From Planctomycetota bacterium (GTDB lineage: Bacteria; Planctomycetota; Planctomycetia; Pirellulales; UBA1268): a stretch of DNA of 53,194 bases. How positions within the stretch are numbered: the stretch's first letter is position 1; every line of letters begins with the position of its first letter. Of this stretch, positions 1 through 9,842 are shown piece by piece. Made by a program: the position numbers and the translations under genes. The stretch is from the NCBI GenBank assembly GCA_037133115.1, contig JBAXOU010000002.1, positions 1-53,194 of the forward strand, in the 5' to 3' direction. Under the pieces are notes generated by a model. It saw only the letters and a program-made list of their open reading frames with translations. It had not been told where the DNA came from and did no database searches.

Positions 1-1487
1 GCGCCGTGGCCACCATGGCCGTGGGCGGCATGGCCGGCGTCGTGGCCGTGGCCGGATGCACGAGGCGGCTCGCGCGAGCCGCCAAAGATTGCTCGCTCCA
101 CCGCCCAGAGCATGTACCAGGCGCCGAGCACCACGCCCGCCACGGCCAAGAGCGCCATCACGAGGTAGGCAAACTGCCAGGCCGGCGACACGCCCGACCA
201 GGCCCGCTGGAAGGATCCCAGGAGAATCATGAACTCGCCCACGAAGCCGTTGAGGCCCGGTAAGCCGATGCTCGAGAAGGTGAAGAGCATGAAGAACACG
301 GCGAGCCACGGCGCCTTCGAGGCGATGCCGCCAAGGTTCGCGATGTTTCGCGTGTGGAACCGCTCGTAGATCATGCCGACCAGCGCGAACAGGCCCGCCG
401 ACGAGAGACCATGGTTCACGAGTTGGAGGTTGGCCCCCTCGGTGGCCACCGGCGTGAGGGCGAACAGGCCCATCACGATGTAGCCCATGTGGCTCACCGA
501 CGAATAGGCGATCAGCCGCTTGAGGTCGGTCTGCACGAGCGCGACGAGCGCCCCATAGACGATGCCCGCCACGCCCAGGCCGAAAAGCCACGGGGCCGCG
601 ACGGCCGTCGCCTCCGGGAGCATCGGCATCGAGAACCGCAGGAAGCCGTAGATGCCGAGCTTGAGGAGCACGCCGGCGAGATCGACCGAGCCGCCCGTGG
701 GCGCCTCGACGTGCGCCAGCGGCAGCCAGGTGTGGAGCGGCACGATCGGCACCTTCACCGCAAAGCCGGCGAGCAGGGCGAGGAACACGACCATCTGGAG
801 CCAGCCGCCGGCGGCCGTCATGGGTAGCGGATGGATCTTCGTGCCATCGACGAGCGACTCGATGTCGAAGGTGACCACGTTCGCGTGGGCCGCGTGCCAG
901 AGTACGATCGTGAGCAGGCCGAGGAAGGTGAGCACACTGCCGGTGAGCGTGTAGATAAAGAACTTCACGGCCGCCTTCCGCCGCTCGTCGTGGCCCCAGA
1001 TGCCGATCAGGAAAAAGAGCGGCACAAGCGTGAATTCGAAGAACACGTAGAACAGGATCACGTCGCGGGCCGCAAACACTCCGAGCATCGCCGCCTCGAG
1101 CACGAGCAGCAGGACGTAGAACCCGACCGGCCGATCCTTGATCGCGTCCCAGCTGACGAACACCGCCGTGACCGAGAGCAGCGCGGCGAGGCCGAACATC
1201 CAGAGCGAGAGACCGTCGAGGCCGAGCGAGAACCGGACGTCGAAGATCCCCTCCGTGATCCAGGGAAACTCGACGAGCCCGTAGGGCAGACCCGACGCCG
1301 TGGCGGGATCAGCCAGGTAACGGACGATGAGCCAGGCGGCCAGTGCGAGCGTGACGAGCGTCGTGATCGCCGCGCTCTGCCGCACGGCGGATACGCCGCG
1401 GGAGCCGATGAGCCAGGCGATGACGGCACCGACGAGCGGGGCTGCGATCGTGAGGAGCAGGTGCGACGAGGGGCTGAAGCCGTTCAT
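1..1487 (-). CDS. nuoM: NADH-quinone oxidoreductase subunit M (3' end outside window)
   Basis: Absent from the ORF track because there is no stop in the window. Reverse translation from ATG at 1487 gives MNGFSPSSHLL...FEFTLVPLFFLIGIWG...HTWLPLAHVEAPTGGSV...KRLIAYSSVSHMGY, typical of NuoM/ND4 antiporter-like subunits. It follows nuoL on the same strand. Confidence 0.9.
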   Translation of the reverse strand, partial: MNGFSPSSHLLLTIAAPLVGAVIAWLIGSRGVSAVRQSAAITTLVTLALAAWLIVRYLADPATASGLPYGLVEFPWITEGIFDVRFSLGLDGLSLWMFGLAALLSVTAVFVSWDAIKDRPVGFYVLLLVLEAAMLGVFAARDVILFYVFFEFTLVPLFFLIGIWGHDERRKAAVKFFIYTLTGSVLTFLGLLTIVLWHAAHANVVTFDIESLVDGTKIHPLPMTAAGGWLQMVVFLALLAGFAVKVPIVPLHTWLPLAHVEAPTGGSVDLAGVLLKLGIYGFLRFSMPMLPEATAVAAPWLFGLGVAGIVYGALVALVQTDLKRLIAYSSVSHMGYIVMGLFALTPVATEGANLQLVNHGLSSAGLFALVGMIYERFHTRNIANLGGIASKAPWLAVFFMLFTFSSIGLPGLNGFVGEFMILLGSFQRAWSGVSPAWQFAYLVMALLAVAGVVLGAWYMLWAVERAIFGGSREPPRASGHGHDAGHAAHGHGGHG

Positions 1488-1507
1488 GCGTGTGTGCGGA
1501 GTTCCTT

Positions 1508-3718
1508 CTAGCCCATGGCCCGAGCGACGAGGGCGAGCACGATCAGGAGCGTGCCGATCACGCCGGCCAGGGCATATCGCTGCACGAGCCCCGACTGGAG
1601 ATGGCGAACGACGGCGCCGAGACCGGCCGGAACACGGGCGATGGCATCGACGAGCCCGTCGATCACGTGGCGATCGACCAGCGCGGCGAGCGTGGCGATC
1701 AGTTCCAGCGGCTTGACGATCAGGGCGGAGTAGATCTGGTCGAAGAAGAACCGGTTGGCGAACAGCGTCTCGAGCGGCCCAAGGAAACGCTCCATCTGCG
1801 GCCCGTCGCTTCGCCGGCCGAGGTGTCCCAGGGCCGCAACCACGATGCCGATGGCCGCGGCGAGCGTGCCCTGAATGGCCAGGTCCCAGTGGAAGGCGGG
1901 CGGCGTGGCGGTCGAGGCGACGCTGGGAGCGGTGAACGAGGGCGTCGAAGCGAGGAAGGAGGCCAGCGAGTGCGTGCTGAACAGCCACCAACCGCTCACG
2001 GCGGCGAGGGCCGCGAGGATCACCAGCGGGATTGTCATCGACGGCGGCGATTCGTGGGCGTGGTGGCCCGCTTCTTCCGGCACACGCGTTGGCCCGGTGA
2101 ACGTCATGAACACGGCGCGGAAGGTGTAGAAGGCGGTGAGTGCTGCCGTGACCAGCGACATCCAGAAGAGCAGCCGCCAGGTGGCGGGCGCGTTGAGGGC
2201 GTCGAGAGCCGAGCCTCGCGTGCCGCCGGCGAGTTGGGCGGCGTCGGGCGTGACACTCGCCACGTGGAAGGCTAGGTGGAAGGGCGTTGCGGTCGCCGCG
2301 TGGCCGCCCGCGGGAGCAGCCTCGTGGTGCTCGCCGTGGGCGTCGGGCCAGCCACGGGAGTGGAGCGACGCGAGGATCTCGTCCTTGCTGAAGAAGCCGG
2401 CGAAGGGGGCCACGCCCGCCAGCGCCAGCGACCCGATCAGGAACGTGGTCGCGGTGATTGGCATGATCCGCCGGAGCCCGCCGAACCGCCGCATGTCGAT
2501 TACGCCCCCCATGGAGTGCATCACCGACCCGGCGCCCATGAAGAGCAGCGCCTTGAAGAAGGCGTGGGTGACCAGGTGGAAGATCGCCGCGGTGAAGCCG
2601 AGCAGCGTGCCGGTGCCGAGGCTCGCGAACATGTAGCCGAGCTGACTGATCGTCGAGTAGGCGAGCACCCGCTTGAGGTCGTTCTGCACGGTGCCGATCA
2701 GCGCCGCGACGAGCGCCGTGGTTGCGCCCACGATCGACACGAGCGTGAGAGCTCCGGGGCAGGCCTCGAAGAGCGGGGCGGTGCGGGCCACGAGGTAGAT
2801 GCCAGCGGTCACCATCGTGGCGGCGTGGATGAGCGAACTGGCCGGCGTGGGACCTTCCATCGCATCCGGGAGCCAGACGTGCAGGGGCAACTGGGCGCTC
2901 TTGCCGCAGGCTGCCAAGAGGAACAAGAGGCAGATGGCCGTGCCCACGACGCCGCCCACGTAGGCGGAGGCGTCAGCGAGCCTCGTCGCGCCGAGGATGC
3001 CGGGCACCAGAGTGCCGTCGGCGAGGGTGGTGTCGTGGAAGTTGAGCGTGCCGTAGGTCATCCAGAGCAGGAACGTGGCCACGGCCAGGCCAAAGTCGCC
3101 GATGCGGTTGACGAGAAACGCCTTCTTCGCAGCTTTTGCCGCCTCGGGCTTCGTGAACCAGAAGCCGATCAGCAGGTAGCTGCAGGCGCCCACTGCCTCC
3201 CAGAAGACGTAGACGAGCAGGAAATTGCTCGCCATCACGAGCATCGACATCGAGAACACGAACACCGACACCAGCGCGAAGAAACGCGGGTAGCCTGGGT
3301 CGTCGTGCATGTAACCGATCGAATAGATCGCCACGAGCAGGCCGACGCCGGTAATGATCACCAGCAGCGTGGCGGTGAGCGGGTCGAGCCGTAGGGCCAC
3401 CGGGATCGAGAACGACCGTGCCGCAGAGCCCGCGTCGCCGGTCGCAGCGGCGTCGCCAACCGTCGCCCACTCCCAGAGCGTCGTGACCATCTCCACGGGC
3501 TTTGCTGCGTGGTCGTGGCCGGTCGTGCCGACGCCGACCTCTCGGGCCATGCCCGTGAGCAGCATCACCGCGACCACAAACGCCGCTGCGATGCCGGCGA
3601 TCGCCGGCAGATGAGCGCGCGGGCCAAGCACGCGGCCGAGGGCCACCGTGAGGATCGCTCCCACGAGGGGCAGCAGCGGCACGAGCACGAGGAGCGTCGA
3701 GGGAGAAAGGTCGTTCAT
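1508..3718 (-). CDS. nuoL: NADH-quinone oxidoreductase subunit L
   Basis: ORF 1508..3772. Multi-TM antiporter-like sequence (WEAVGACSYLLIGFW, HVWLPDAMEGPTPASSLIHAATMVTAG). The likely true start is the MNDLSPSTLLVLVPLLPLVG ATG at 3718, just after the nuoK stop. Confidence 0.9.
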   Translation of the reverse strand: MNDLSPSTLLVLVPLLPLVGAILTVALGRVLGPRAHLPAIAGIAAAFVVAVMLLTGMAREVGVGTTGHDHAAKPVEMVTTLWEWATVGDAAATGDAGSAARSFSIPVALRLDPLTATLLVIITGVGLLVAIYSIGYMHDDPGYPRFFALVSVFVFSMSMLVMASNFLLVYVFWEAVGACSYLLIGFWFTKPEAAKAAKKAFLVNRIGDFGLAVATFLLWMTYGTLNFHDTTLADGTLVPGILGATRLADASAYVGGVVGTAICLLFLLAACGKSAQLPLHVWLPDAMEGPTPASSLIHAATMVTAGIYLVARTAPLFEACPGALTLVSIVGATTALVAALIGTVQNDLKRVLAYSTISQLGYMFASLGTGTLLGFTAAIFHLVTHAFFKALLFMGAGSVMHSMGGVIDMRRFGGLRRIMPITATTFLIGSLALAGVAPFAGFFSKDEILASLHSRGWPDAHGEHHEAAPAGGHAATATPFHLAFHVASVTPDAAQLAGGTRGSALDALNAPATWRLLFWMSLVTAALTAFYTFRAVFMTFTGPTRVPEEAGHHAHESPPSMTIPLVILAALAAVSGWWLFSTHSLASFLASTPSFTAPSVASTATPPAFHWDLAIQGTLAAAIGIVVAALGHLGRRSDGPQMERFLGPLETLFANRFFFDQIYSALIVKPLELIATLAALVDRHVIDGLVDAIARVPAGLGAVVRHLQSGLVQRYALAGVIGTLLIVLALVARAMG

Positions 3719-3743
3719 GACGGAGCCGGGAGGGGGCGGTGGG

Positions 3744-4208
3744 TCAGACGTGCTCGCGCTCGAGGGCAGCATCTTCGTCGGCGGCCGGCTCGACGCCGGC
3801 AGGGGAGAGCTTCGGGAACTTCAGCGGCACGGTGTCGATCGCGGGCAACTCGTGGTCGATTGTTCGGGATAGGTTCGACTCACGGAGCGACTGCCAGGCC
3901 GCCGAGTCGAGCCGGCCAGTTCGGGCGAAGGCCTGGAGCACGAAGACGAGCGCCACGGCAGCCTCACAGGCGGCCACCGTCAGCACAAAGATCACGAGGA
4001 CGTGGCCCCCCCAGTCGCCGTGGTGACGGCTCCAGGAGACGAGGCTCACCGAAATGCCCTGGAGCATCAGTTCCGCGCAGAGGAACATCACGATCAGGTT
4101 GCGACGGGCGAGGATACCGACCACGCCGAGCGCGAACAGAATCGCGCCCACGACGAGCCCGTCGAGGACCAGCGGCGATGGTGTGACGACGTCCGCAAGC
4201 GGATTCAT
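3744..4208 (-). CDS. nuoK: NADH-quinone oxidoreductase subunit K, with a ~50-aa C-terminal extension
   Basis: Three-TM small subunit (LVVGAILFALGVVGILARRNLIVMFLCAELMLQG...). Position is between nuoJ and nuoL. Confidence 0.85.
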   Translation of the reverse strand: MNPLADVVTPSPLVLDGLVVGAILFALGVVGILARRNLIVMFLCAELMLQGISVSLVSWSRHHGDWGGHVLVIFVLTVAACEAAVALVFVLQAFARTGRLDSAAWQSLRESNLSRTIDHELPAIDTVPLKFPKLSPAGVEPAADEDAALEREHV

Positions 4209-5020
4209 GGCATGGCCCTCCGGGCGGCAGCGGATTCGGCATCGGCCGCGCCCCGGGAGACGATCGCGATCGAGCCGATGAGGGCGACGAGCAGGAGCAC
4301 GCCCGCGACCTCGACCGCGAGGAGATGGCGGCCAAAGAGTTCGCCGCCCAGCCGGGCGACGTGGTTGTCGGCCAGCATGTCGATGCCAGCTGCGGCTGCC
4401 GGCTCGGCAGCCGGCGAATCAGCGAGCAGCGCCGCCTTCGTGCCGCCCATCAGGCAGCAGGCAGGGGGCTCGGCAGTGAGGCGGCCGATCGACAGTGAGA
4501 GAATGCCGAGGAGCACGGCGCCTGCCACCGCGGCGAGCAGCGGTTCGTTCGAAACCCGGTCGTAGGGAGCGAGGCCGGCGGGCTGGGCGAGCATCAGCAC
4601 GAACAGGAACATCACCAGGATCGCGCCGGCATAGACCACGATCGTGGCCACGCCAAGAAACTGACCGCCGAGGACGAGCAGCACGCCGGAGACACCCGCG
4701 AGCGCCATCGCGAACCAGATCGCCGCATAGACCGGCGACCGGGAGACGACCGTTGCCGCTCCCGAGATCACGGCCACGAGGGCCACGGTGAGGAACACGG
4801 CCTCCTCGCCGACGTTGCCGAGGCGGTGACCAGTGGCGATGAAACTGGCAAGCGCGACGATCCCGATCAGCCAGCCCAGCCGGCGGGCAGTCCGGTCTGC
4901 GGCGCCACTCCGGCCACCGGGCAGGAGCAGCCAGAGGCTCGCCGCGGTGGCGGTCACGCCGCCGGCGAGCAGCGTGCCGGGGGAGATCGACGGCAGGATC
5001 GAGGCGATCACGGCGTGCAC
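4205..5020 (-). CDS. nuoJ: NADH-quinone oxidoreductase subunit J
   Basis: Hydrophobic protein with NuoJ-like SPVYAAIWFAMALAGVSGVLLVLGGQFLGVATIVVYAGAILVMFLFV. The ATGA overlap with nuoK supports operon order. Confidence 0.85.
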   Translation of the reverse strand: MHAVIASILPSISPGTLLAGGVTATAASLWLLLPGGRSGAADRTARRLGWLIGIVALASFIATGHRLGNVGEEAVFLTVALVAVISGAATVVSRSPVYAAIWFAMALAGVSGVLLVLGGQFLGVATIVVYAGAILVMFLFVLMLAQPAGLAPYDRVSNEPLLAAVAGAVLLGILSLSIGRLTAEPPACCLMGGTKAALLADSPAAEPAAAAGIDMLADNHVARLGGELFGRHLLAVEVAGVLLLVALIGSIAIVSRGAADAESAAARRAMP

Positions 5021-5541
5021 CCCATGGAGGCGGACTTCATCGGCTCGGCGTCCTTCGTCATGTCGTAGACGCTCAGCAGTTTCTCCTTGTCGAAGATCAT
5101 CTCCTCACGGCTCTTGCCTGTGAGATCGAGGAGGCTCGTCAGTTCGATCGCGTCGACCGGACAGGCCTCCTCGCACATGCCGCAGAAGATGCACCGCAGC
5201 TCGTCGATCGAAAAGCTCTCGGGGTATTTCTCGCGGTCGGGCCAGGGGCTGTTGGTGGCGACGATGTCGATGCAGTGGGCCGGGCAGGCGGTGGCGCAGA
5301 GGAAGCAGGCCACGCACTTCACGCGGCCTTCCGCATCGCGGTTGAGCCGATGGACGCCGCGGTAGATCAGCGGGTTGCCCACCTTTGGCCGCTGTTCCGG
5401 GTAGCTGACCGTGACCTTGGGGCTCACCAGGTGCCTGGCGGTGGTCGCGAGGCCGCTGACGAACAGCGGCAGGTAGAGCCGCTCGGCGAGGCCGAGGGGC
5501 TTCTCTTCGAGCCAGGTGATCGACGGGTCGGACGGCTTCAT
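5008..5541 (-). CDS. nuoI: NADH-quinone oxidoreductase subunit I (2x[4Fe-4S])
   Basis: Two ferredoxin-type motifs, CVACFLCATACP and CIFCGMCEEACP. The start at 5541 (MKPSDPSITW) has GGAGG upstream and sits just after the nuoH stop. The ORF track extends it to 5580. Confidence 0.9.
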   Translation of the reverse strand: MKPSDPSITWLEEKPLGLAERLYLPLFVSGLATTARHLVSPKVTVSYPEQRPKVGNPLIYRGVHRLNRDAEGRVKCVACFLCATACPAHCIDIVATNSPWPDREKYPESFSIDELRCIFCGMCEEACPVDAIELTSLLDLTGKSREEMIFDKEKLLSVYDMTKDAEPMKSASMGCTP

Positions 5542-5545
5542 GGAA

Positions 5546-6814
5546 TCAGGCCTCCACCAGATCGTGCGGTCGCGACCCAAGCACGTGCTCCGCGTCGAGC
5601 GGACCGGGCGTGCGAATCGGCGTGTTGTCGGTACCGGAGGGCGTGAGCATGCCGGCAGCGATCCAGCCGAGGAAGAATATCGCCCACGGCACGGCGATCG
5701 CCGTAGCCTTGGCCCAGCCTTCGCCGAGCGCCGCCACGAGCTGCGGCCGGAACTCCTCGACCGCGGCCACGGTGACGAGATTCGCCAGTCCCAGCGGCAG
5801 CATCACCTTCCAGGCCAGGTTCATCAGCTGGTCGAAGCGGAACCGGGGCCAGCTCCAGCGGACGAGCATGAAGAAGAGGATCACCCCGAAGATCTTGGCC
5901 GAGAGGACCGCAAAGCGGATCAGGGCGACCAACCATGTCTCGACAGGACCAGAGCCGGTGACGCCCCAGAGGTGCCAGCCGCCGAGGAACATGATCACGA
6001 TCAGGAACGCCGCCGTGACCATGTGGAGAAACTCGGACACGAGGAACAGCAGCAGCTTGATGCCCGAATACTCGGTGTGATAGCCGCCGACGAGTTCCTG
6101 TTCGGCCTCGGGAAGGTCGAACGGCAGTCGCGCCGCCTCGGCGAAGCTCGCGATCAGGAAGACGACGAACCCGAGCGGCTGGGCGAAGGCGTACCACACG
6201 CCGCTCGATGCCTGGGCATTCATGATGGTGTCGAGTTTGAGTGAGCCGGCGGCGAGCACCACGCCGAGCAGGCCGAGGCCGAGCGGGATCTCATAGGCGA
6301 CGAGTTGGGCGCTCGACCGCAGGCCGCCAAGGAAGCCGTACTTGTTGTTGCTCGCCCAGCCGCCGAGGAGCACGCCGTAGACGGCGATGCTCGACAGCGC
6401 AAACACCCAGAGCACGCCGACATCGAGGCCCGGGGCCACGAGCAGCGGCTCTTCGCCCGTGAGGCCCAGGGCGGGGATCGGTGGCAGCGAACTACCGAAG
6501 GGAATCGCAGCGAAGATGGCGAGCGACGCGGCGAGGAGCACGAGCGGCGCAGCGACGTAGAGCACCTTGTCGACGTGCTTGGGCGTGAAGTCCTCCTTGA
6601 GGATGATCTTCAGGCCGTCGGCGAGCGGCTGGCCGAGGCCGAAGAGCCGGATCTTCGTGAGCGGGATGCCGACGCGGTTGGGACCCTTGCGGTCCTGGAC
6701 CCAGGCGGCCATCCACCGCTCGACGAGCACGAGGTAGGCGGCGGCCGTCATCAGGCCGCCGACAAGCAGGCCGATCTTCACCAGTGCGACGATCGTGGGG
6801 AGTGAGGGGAGCAT
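5546..6814 (-). CDS. nuoH: NADH-quinone oxidoreductase subunit H
   Basis: LVERWMAAWVQDRKGPNRVG and EAEQELVGGYHTEYSG are NuoH/ND1 signatures. The ORF track's N-terminal 93 aa (Arg/Ser/Pro-rich) overlap nuoG and were trimmed to the MLPSLPTIV start. Confidence 0.9.
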   Translation of the reverse strand: MLPSLPTIVALVKIGLLVGGLMTAAAYLVLVERWMAAWVQDRKGPNRVGIPLTKIRLFGLGQPLADGLKIILKEDFTPKHVDKVLYVAAPLVLLAASLAIFAAIPFGSSLPPIPALGLTGEEPLLVAPGLDVGVLWVFALSSIAVYGVLLGGWASNNKYGFLGGLRSSAQLVAYEIPLGLGLLGVVLAAGSLKLDTIMNAQASSGVWYAFAQPLGFVVFLIASFAEAARLPFDLPEAEQELVGGYHTEYSGIKLLLFLVSEFLHMVTAAFLIVIMFLGGWHLWGVTGSGPVETWLVALIRFAVLSAKIFGVILFFMLVRWSWPRFRFDQLMNLAWKVMLPLGLANLVTVAAVEEFRPQLVAALGEGWAKATAIAVPWAIFFLGWIAAGMLTPSGTDNTPIRTPGPLDAEHVLGSRPHDLVEA

Positions 6815-6848
6815 GGTCTGTGGAGTGAAAATGGTGGCTGCCGCCCTT

Positions 6849-8486
6849 TTAGGCGAGCTGGTGGATGCGGAGGTCGACGCCCGTGGCGGGCATCTCGCCG
6901 GCCAGCGCCGTGAAGGCGGGCGACGATGCGGCGATCTGCTGGCGGACGGCAGTCGCGTCGTACAGGCCGCGGCGGCCGAGCATGTTCCAAAACAGCCTGC
7001 CTTCGGGCCAGACGCCAGCCGGCGGCCGGATCGCCTGCCGGAAACTCTGCGCGTGGTGGGCGACATTGACCCACGTACCCGCGCGCTCCGCAAAACCGGT
7101 CGCGGGAAGTCGCCACGAGGCCAGCCGCATCAGCGGCGAGTCAAAGAGATCCTGCACGACGAGTTGCTTGAGATTGGCGAAGGCCTCTGCGGCGGCCGTG
7201 TCGATCCAGGGCCCGGGATAGCCGGCGGTGATCCATGCAGCGTCGGCCTTGCCGGCGGCGACGTGAGAGACGAGCTCGTTCCAGGAACGGCCCGCCGCGC
7301 CGTAGAGGGCGAGGACCTCCTCAACACCCTTGCGGTTGGGGCACTTTTCCGCGCGGATCGTGAACCCGCCGGGAAAGGTCTCGTCTTCGCCCTTCGTCGG
7401 CACGAAGCCGAGCGCGAGGAAGGCCTCGGGGTCGATCGATCGGGCGACGGCGCAGAGCATCCACGCCTCCTCAATCGTGAGCATGGGCGAGACAGCCACC
7501 GCGAGCCGGCCCGCGGTCTTGAGGTCGTCGCGAAGCTTCACCACGACGTCGGCCCACTCGACCGTTTCGGTGGCAGGCGTGGCACCGCTGCCGCGGTGAC
7601 TTGGAGACGTTGCCTTGCGGGCGGCGTCGAGAATCCGCGACTGATCGTGGAGGTGATGCCAGCCGTAGCGGCCTTCGTCGCAGATCCACCACGTGTTGAC
7701 GTGGGGATTCTCGCGGGGCTTGAGCCGGTAGACAGCATCCTGGTTGTGCTCGGTGTGGATCGAGCAGCCTGCTGAGCAGCCGCCGCAGACATTGGCCTCA
7801 CGCTTCAGGAACCAGACCCGCTGCTGGTAGAGGAAGTCCTTGTCGCCGAGGGCGCCGACCGGGCAGAGGTCGACCACGTTGCCCGAGAGTTTGTTGGCGA
7901 GCGGGTGGCCGGGGAAGACGTCGATCTCTTCCTTGGCGCCGCGGCTCGTGACCATCAACTCAGCGGTGCCGGAAATCTCACGAGTGAATCGCACGCACCG
8001 CGTGCACATGATGCAGCGATCGACGAACAGCGTGACCGTCGGGCCGACATCCCGCTTGCGGCTGTGAAAAGGCTGCAAGTCCGCGCGCCGCTCCGGCTGG
8101 CCGTGCTGGAAGTGGTAGTCCTGCAGCAGGCACTCGCCGGCCTTGTCACAGATCGGGCAGTCGATCGGGTGATCGATGAGCAGCGCCTCCTCGACTCGAG
8201 CCCGGCTTTCCTTCACCGTCTCGCTCTCGGTGACGATCACGGTGCCGTCCTTGACCGGCGTCTGGCAGCCAGGCACGAGCTTCGGCACCATCGTGATCTT
8301 GCCGGTGGCGGCGTCCCGTTGTCCGGTCTCGATGAGGCACATCCGGCAACTGGCCACGACCGAGAGGCCCGGATGCCAGCAGTAATGCGGGATTTCCTTA
8401 CCGGCCCGCCGCGCCACTTCGATGCAGTTGAGCCGCTCGTCGGCACCGATTTCGATCTCTTGTCCGTCGACGATCACGACCGGCAT
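6849..8486 (-). CDS. nuoG: NADH-quinone oxidoreductase subunit G (short form, 545 aa)
   Basis: N-terminal 2Fe-2S and 4Fe-4S motifs (CWHPGLSVVASCRMCLIE, HPIDCPICDKAGEC, RCIMCTRCVRF, CPVGAL). Confidence 0.85.
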   Translation of the reverse strand: MPVVIVDGQEIEIGADERLNCIEVARRAGKEIPHYCWHPGLSVVASCRMCLIETGQRDAATGKITMVPKLVPGCQTPVKDGTVIVTESETVKESRARVEEALLIDHPIDCPICDKAGECLLQDYHFQHGQPERRADLQPFHSRKRDVGPTVTLFVDRCIMCTRCVRFTREISGTAELMVTSRGAKEEIDVFPGHPLANKLSGNVVDLCPVGALGDKDFLYQQRVWFLKREANVCGGCSAGCSIHTEHNQDAVYRLKPRENPHVNTWWICDEGRYGWHHLHDQSRILDAARKATSPSHRGSGATPATETVEWADVVVKLRDDLKTAGRLAVAVSPMLTIEEAWMLCAVARSIDPEAFLALGFVPTKGEDETFPGGFTIRAEKCPNRKGVEEVLALYGAAGRSWNELVSHVAAGKADAAWITAGYPGPWIDTAAAEAFANLKQLVVQDLFDSPLMRLASWRLPATGFAERAGTWVNVAHHAQSFRQAIRPPAGVWPEGRLFWNMLGRRGLYDATAVRQQIAASSPAFTALAGEMPATGVDLRIHQLA

Positions 8487-9841
8487 CAGTGCGCTCCCAC
8501 GATCTGCAGGGCAGGGACGGGGTCGGTCACCATCCAGCCCGAGGGGTTGGTCCGCTTGATGTAATCCTCGAACTCGCCGCGGAACTTCTTGATGGCGTTC
8601 TTCATCGGCCAGGCGGCGCCGTCGGCCAGGCCGCAGATCGTGCTGCCCGGCATCATGCCCATCGTGTTTCCGATTTCAAGGAGAATGTCGAGATCCTTGA
8701 GCCGGCCCTTGCCCGCCTTGATCCGTTCGAGGATCCGCAGCGACCAACTCGTGCCCTCGCGGCAGGGAGTGCACTGGCCGCATGACTCGTGGGCGAAGAA
8801 CCGTGCCGAGTTGTGGAGGAAATCCACGATGCTCGTTTGGTCGTCGATCACCACGACGGCTGCCGTACCGAGGCCGAGGCAGCCGACCTTGCCAGGTCCG
8901 GCGAAATCGAGGGGCGTGTCGAGTTCGCTTTCCGTCATCAGGCCCATCGAGATGCCACCCGGAATCACCGCCTTCGCCTTACGTCCCTTCCAGACGCCGC
9001 CACCGAAGCGGTCGATAAGTTCGCGGGCCGTGATGCCCAGCGGGGCCTCGTAGCAGCCCGGCTTCTCGACGTGGCCGGAGAGGCAGTAGAGCTTGGGTCC
9101 GTAGGAGCCCGGGTCGCGGGGGTTGGACGGATCGGCAGGCACGCCAATCGACTTGAACCAATCGACGCCGCGGCGGGCGATCTGAGAGACACAGGCCATC
9201 GTCTCGATGTTGTTGACGACCGTCGGCTTGCGGAACAGCCCCTCGATCGCCGGGAACGGCGGCTTGATCCGCGGCCAGGCTCGCTTGCCCTCAAGGCTCT
9301 CGATCAGCCCCGTCTCCTCGCCGCAGATGTAGGCGGCCGCGCCGCGGTGGAGATAGATGTCGAGCGAAAAGCTCGTGCCACGGATGTTCTTGCCGAGGTA
9401 CCCGGCCGCATAGGCCTCGTCGATCGCGCCCTGCAGGCGGTGCCAGCTCTGCGGATACTCATACCGCAGGTAGAGGTAAGCGGTGGAGGCCCGCGTGGCG
9501 AACGACGAGAGGATGATCCCCTCGATCACCTGGTGTGGGTCGTCCTCCATCAGGATCCGGTTGTTGAACGTGCCCGGCTCGCTCTCGTCGGCGTTGATGC
9601 AGAGGTAGATCGGGCCGGGGTGGTCTTTCGGTAGGAAGGTCCACTTGAGACCCGTGGGGAAGCCGGCGCCGCCGCGGCCGCGAAGCCCCGACGACTTCAC
9701 CATCTCGATGACGTCGCCGGGCTGCTTTCCGGCGAGCGTTGCCTCGAGCGGGGCGTAGCCGCCGCGGCTCTTGTAGCTGGCGATGGTGTGCCCGTCGGGC
9801 ACGCCCACCGCCTCGAGAAGAACGGGCTTGAATGGTGTCAT
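8486..9841 (-). CDS. nuoF: NADH-quinone oxidoreductase subunit F (NADH/FMN-binding)
   Basis: GLRGRGGAGFPTGLKW, the FMN/NADH site, and the 4Fe-4S motif ESCGQCTPCREG. Confidence 0.95.
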   Translation of the reverse strand: MTPFKPVLLEAVGVPDGHTIASYKSRGGYAPLEATLAGKQPGDVIEMVKSSGLRGRGGAGFPTGLKWTFLPKDHPGPIYLCINADESEPGTFNNRILMEDDPHQVIEGIILSSFATRASTAYLYLRYEYPQSWHRLQGAIDEAYAAGYLGKNIRGTSFSLDIYLHRGAAAYICGEETGLIESLEGKRAWPRIKPPFPAIEGLFRKPTVVNNIETMACVSQIARRGVDWFKSIGVPADPSNPRDPGSYGPKLYCLSGHVEKPGCYEAPLGITARELIDRFGGGVWKGRKAKAVIPGGISMGLMTESELDTPLDFAGPGKVGCLGLGTAAVVVIDDQTSIVDFLHNSARFFAHESCGQCTPCREGTSWSLRILERIKAGKGRLKDLDILLEIGNTMGMMPGSTICGLADGAAWPMKNAIKKFRGEFEDYIKRTNPSGWMVTDPVPALQIVGAH

Positions 9842-9842
9842 G

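Noticed and set aside
5546-7093. Long N-terminal extensions in the ORF track (nuoH 515 aa, NTPase 2 863 aa, ABC ATPase 431 aa, thyX 361 aa, M20 491 aa)
   Set aside because: The extensions overlap upstream genes and are Arg/Pro/Ser-rich. Internal starts give canonical N-termini and sensible spacing.
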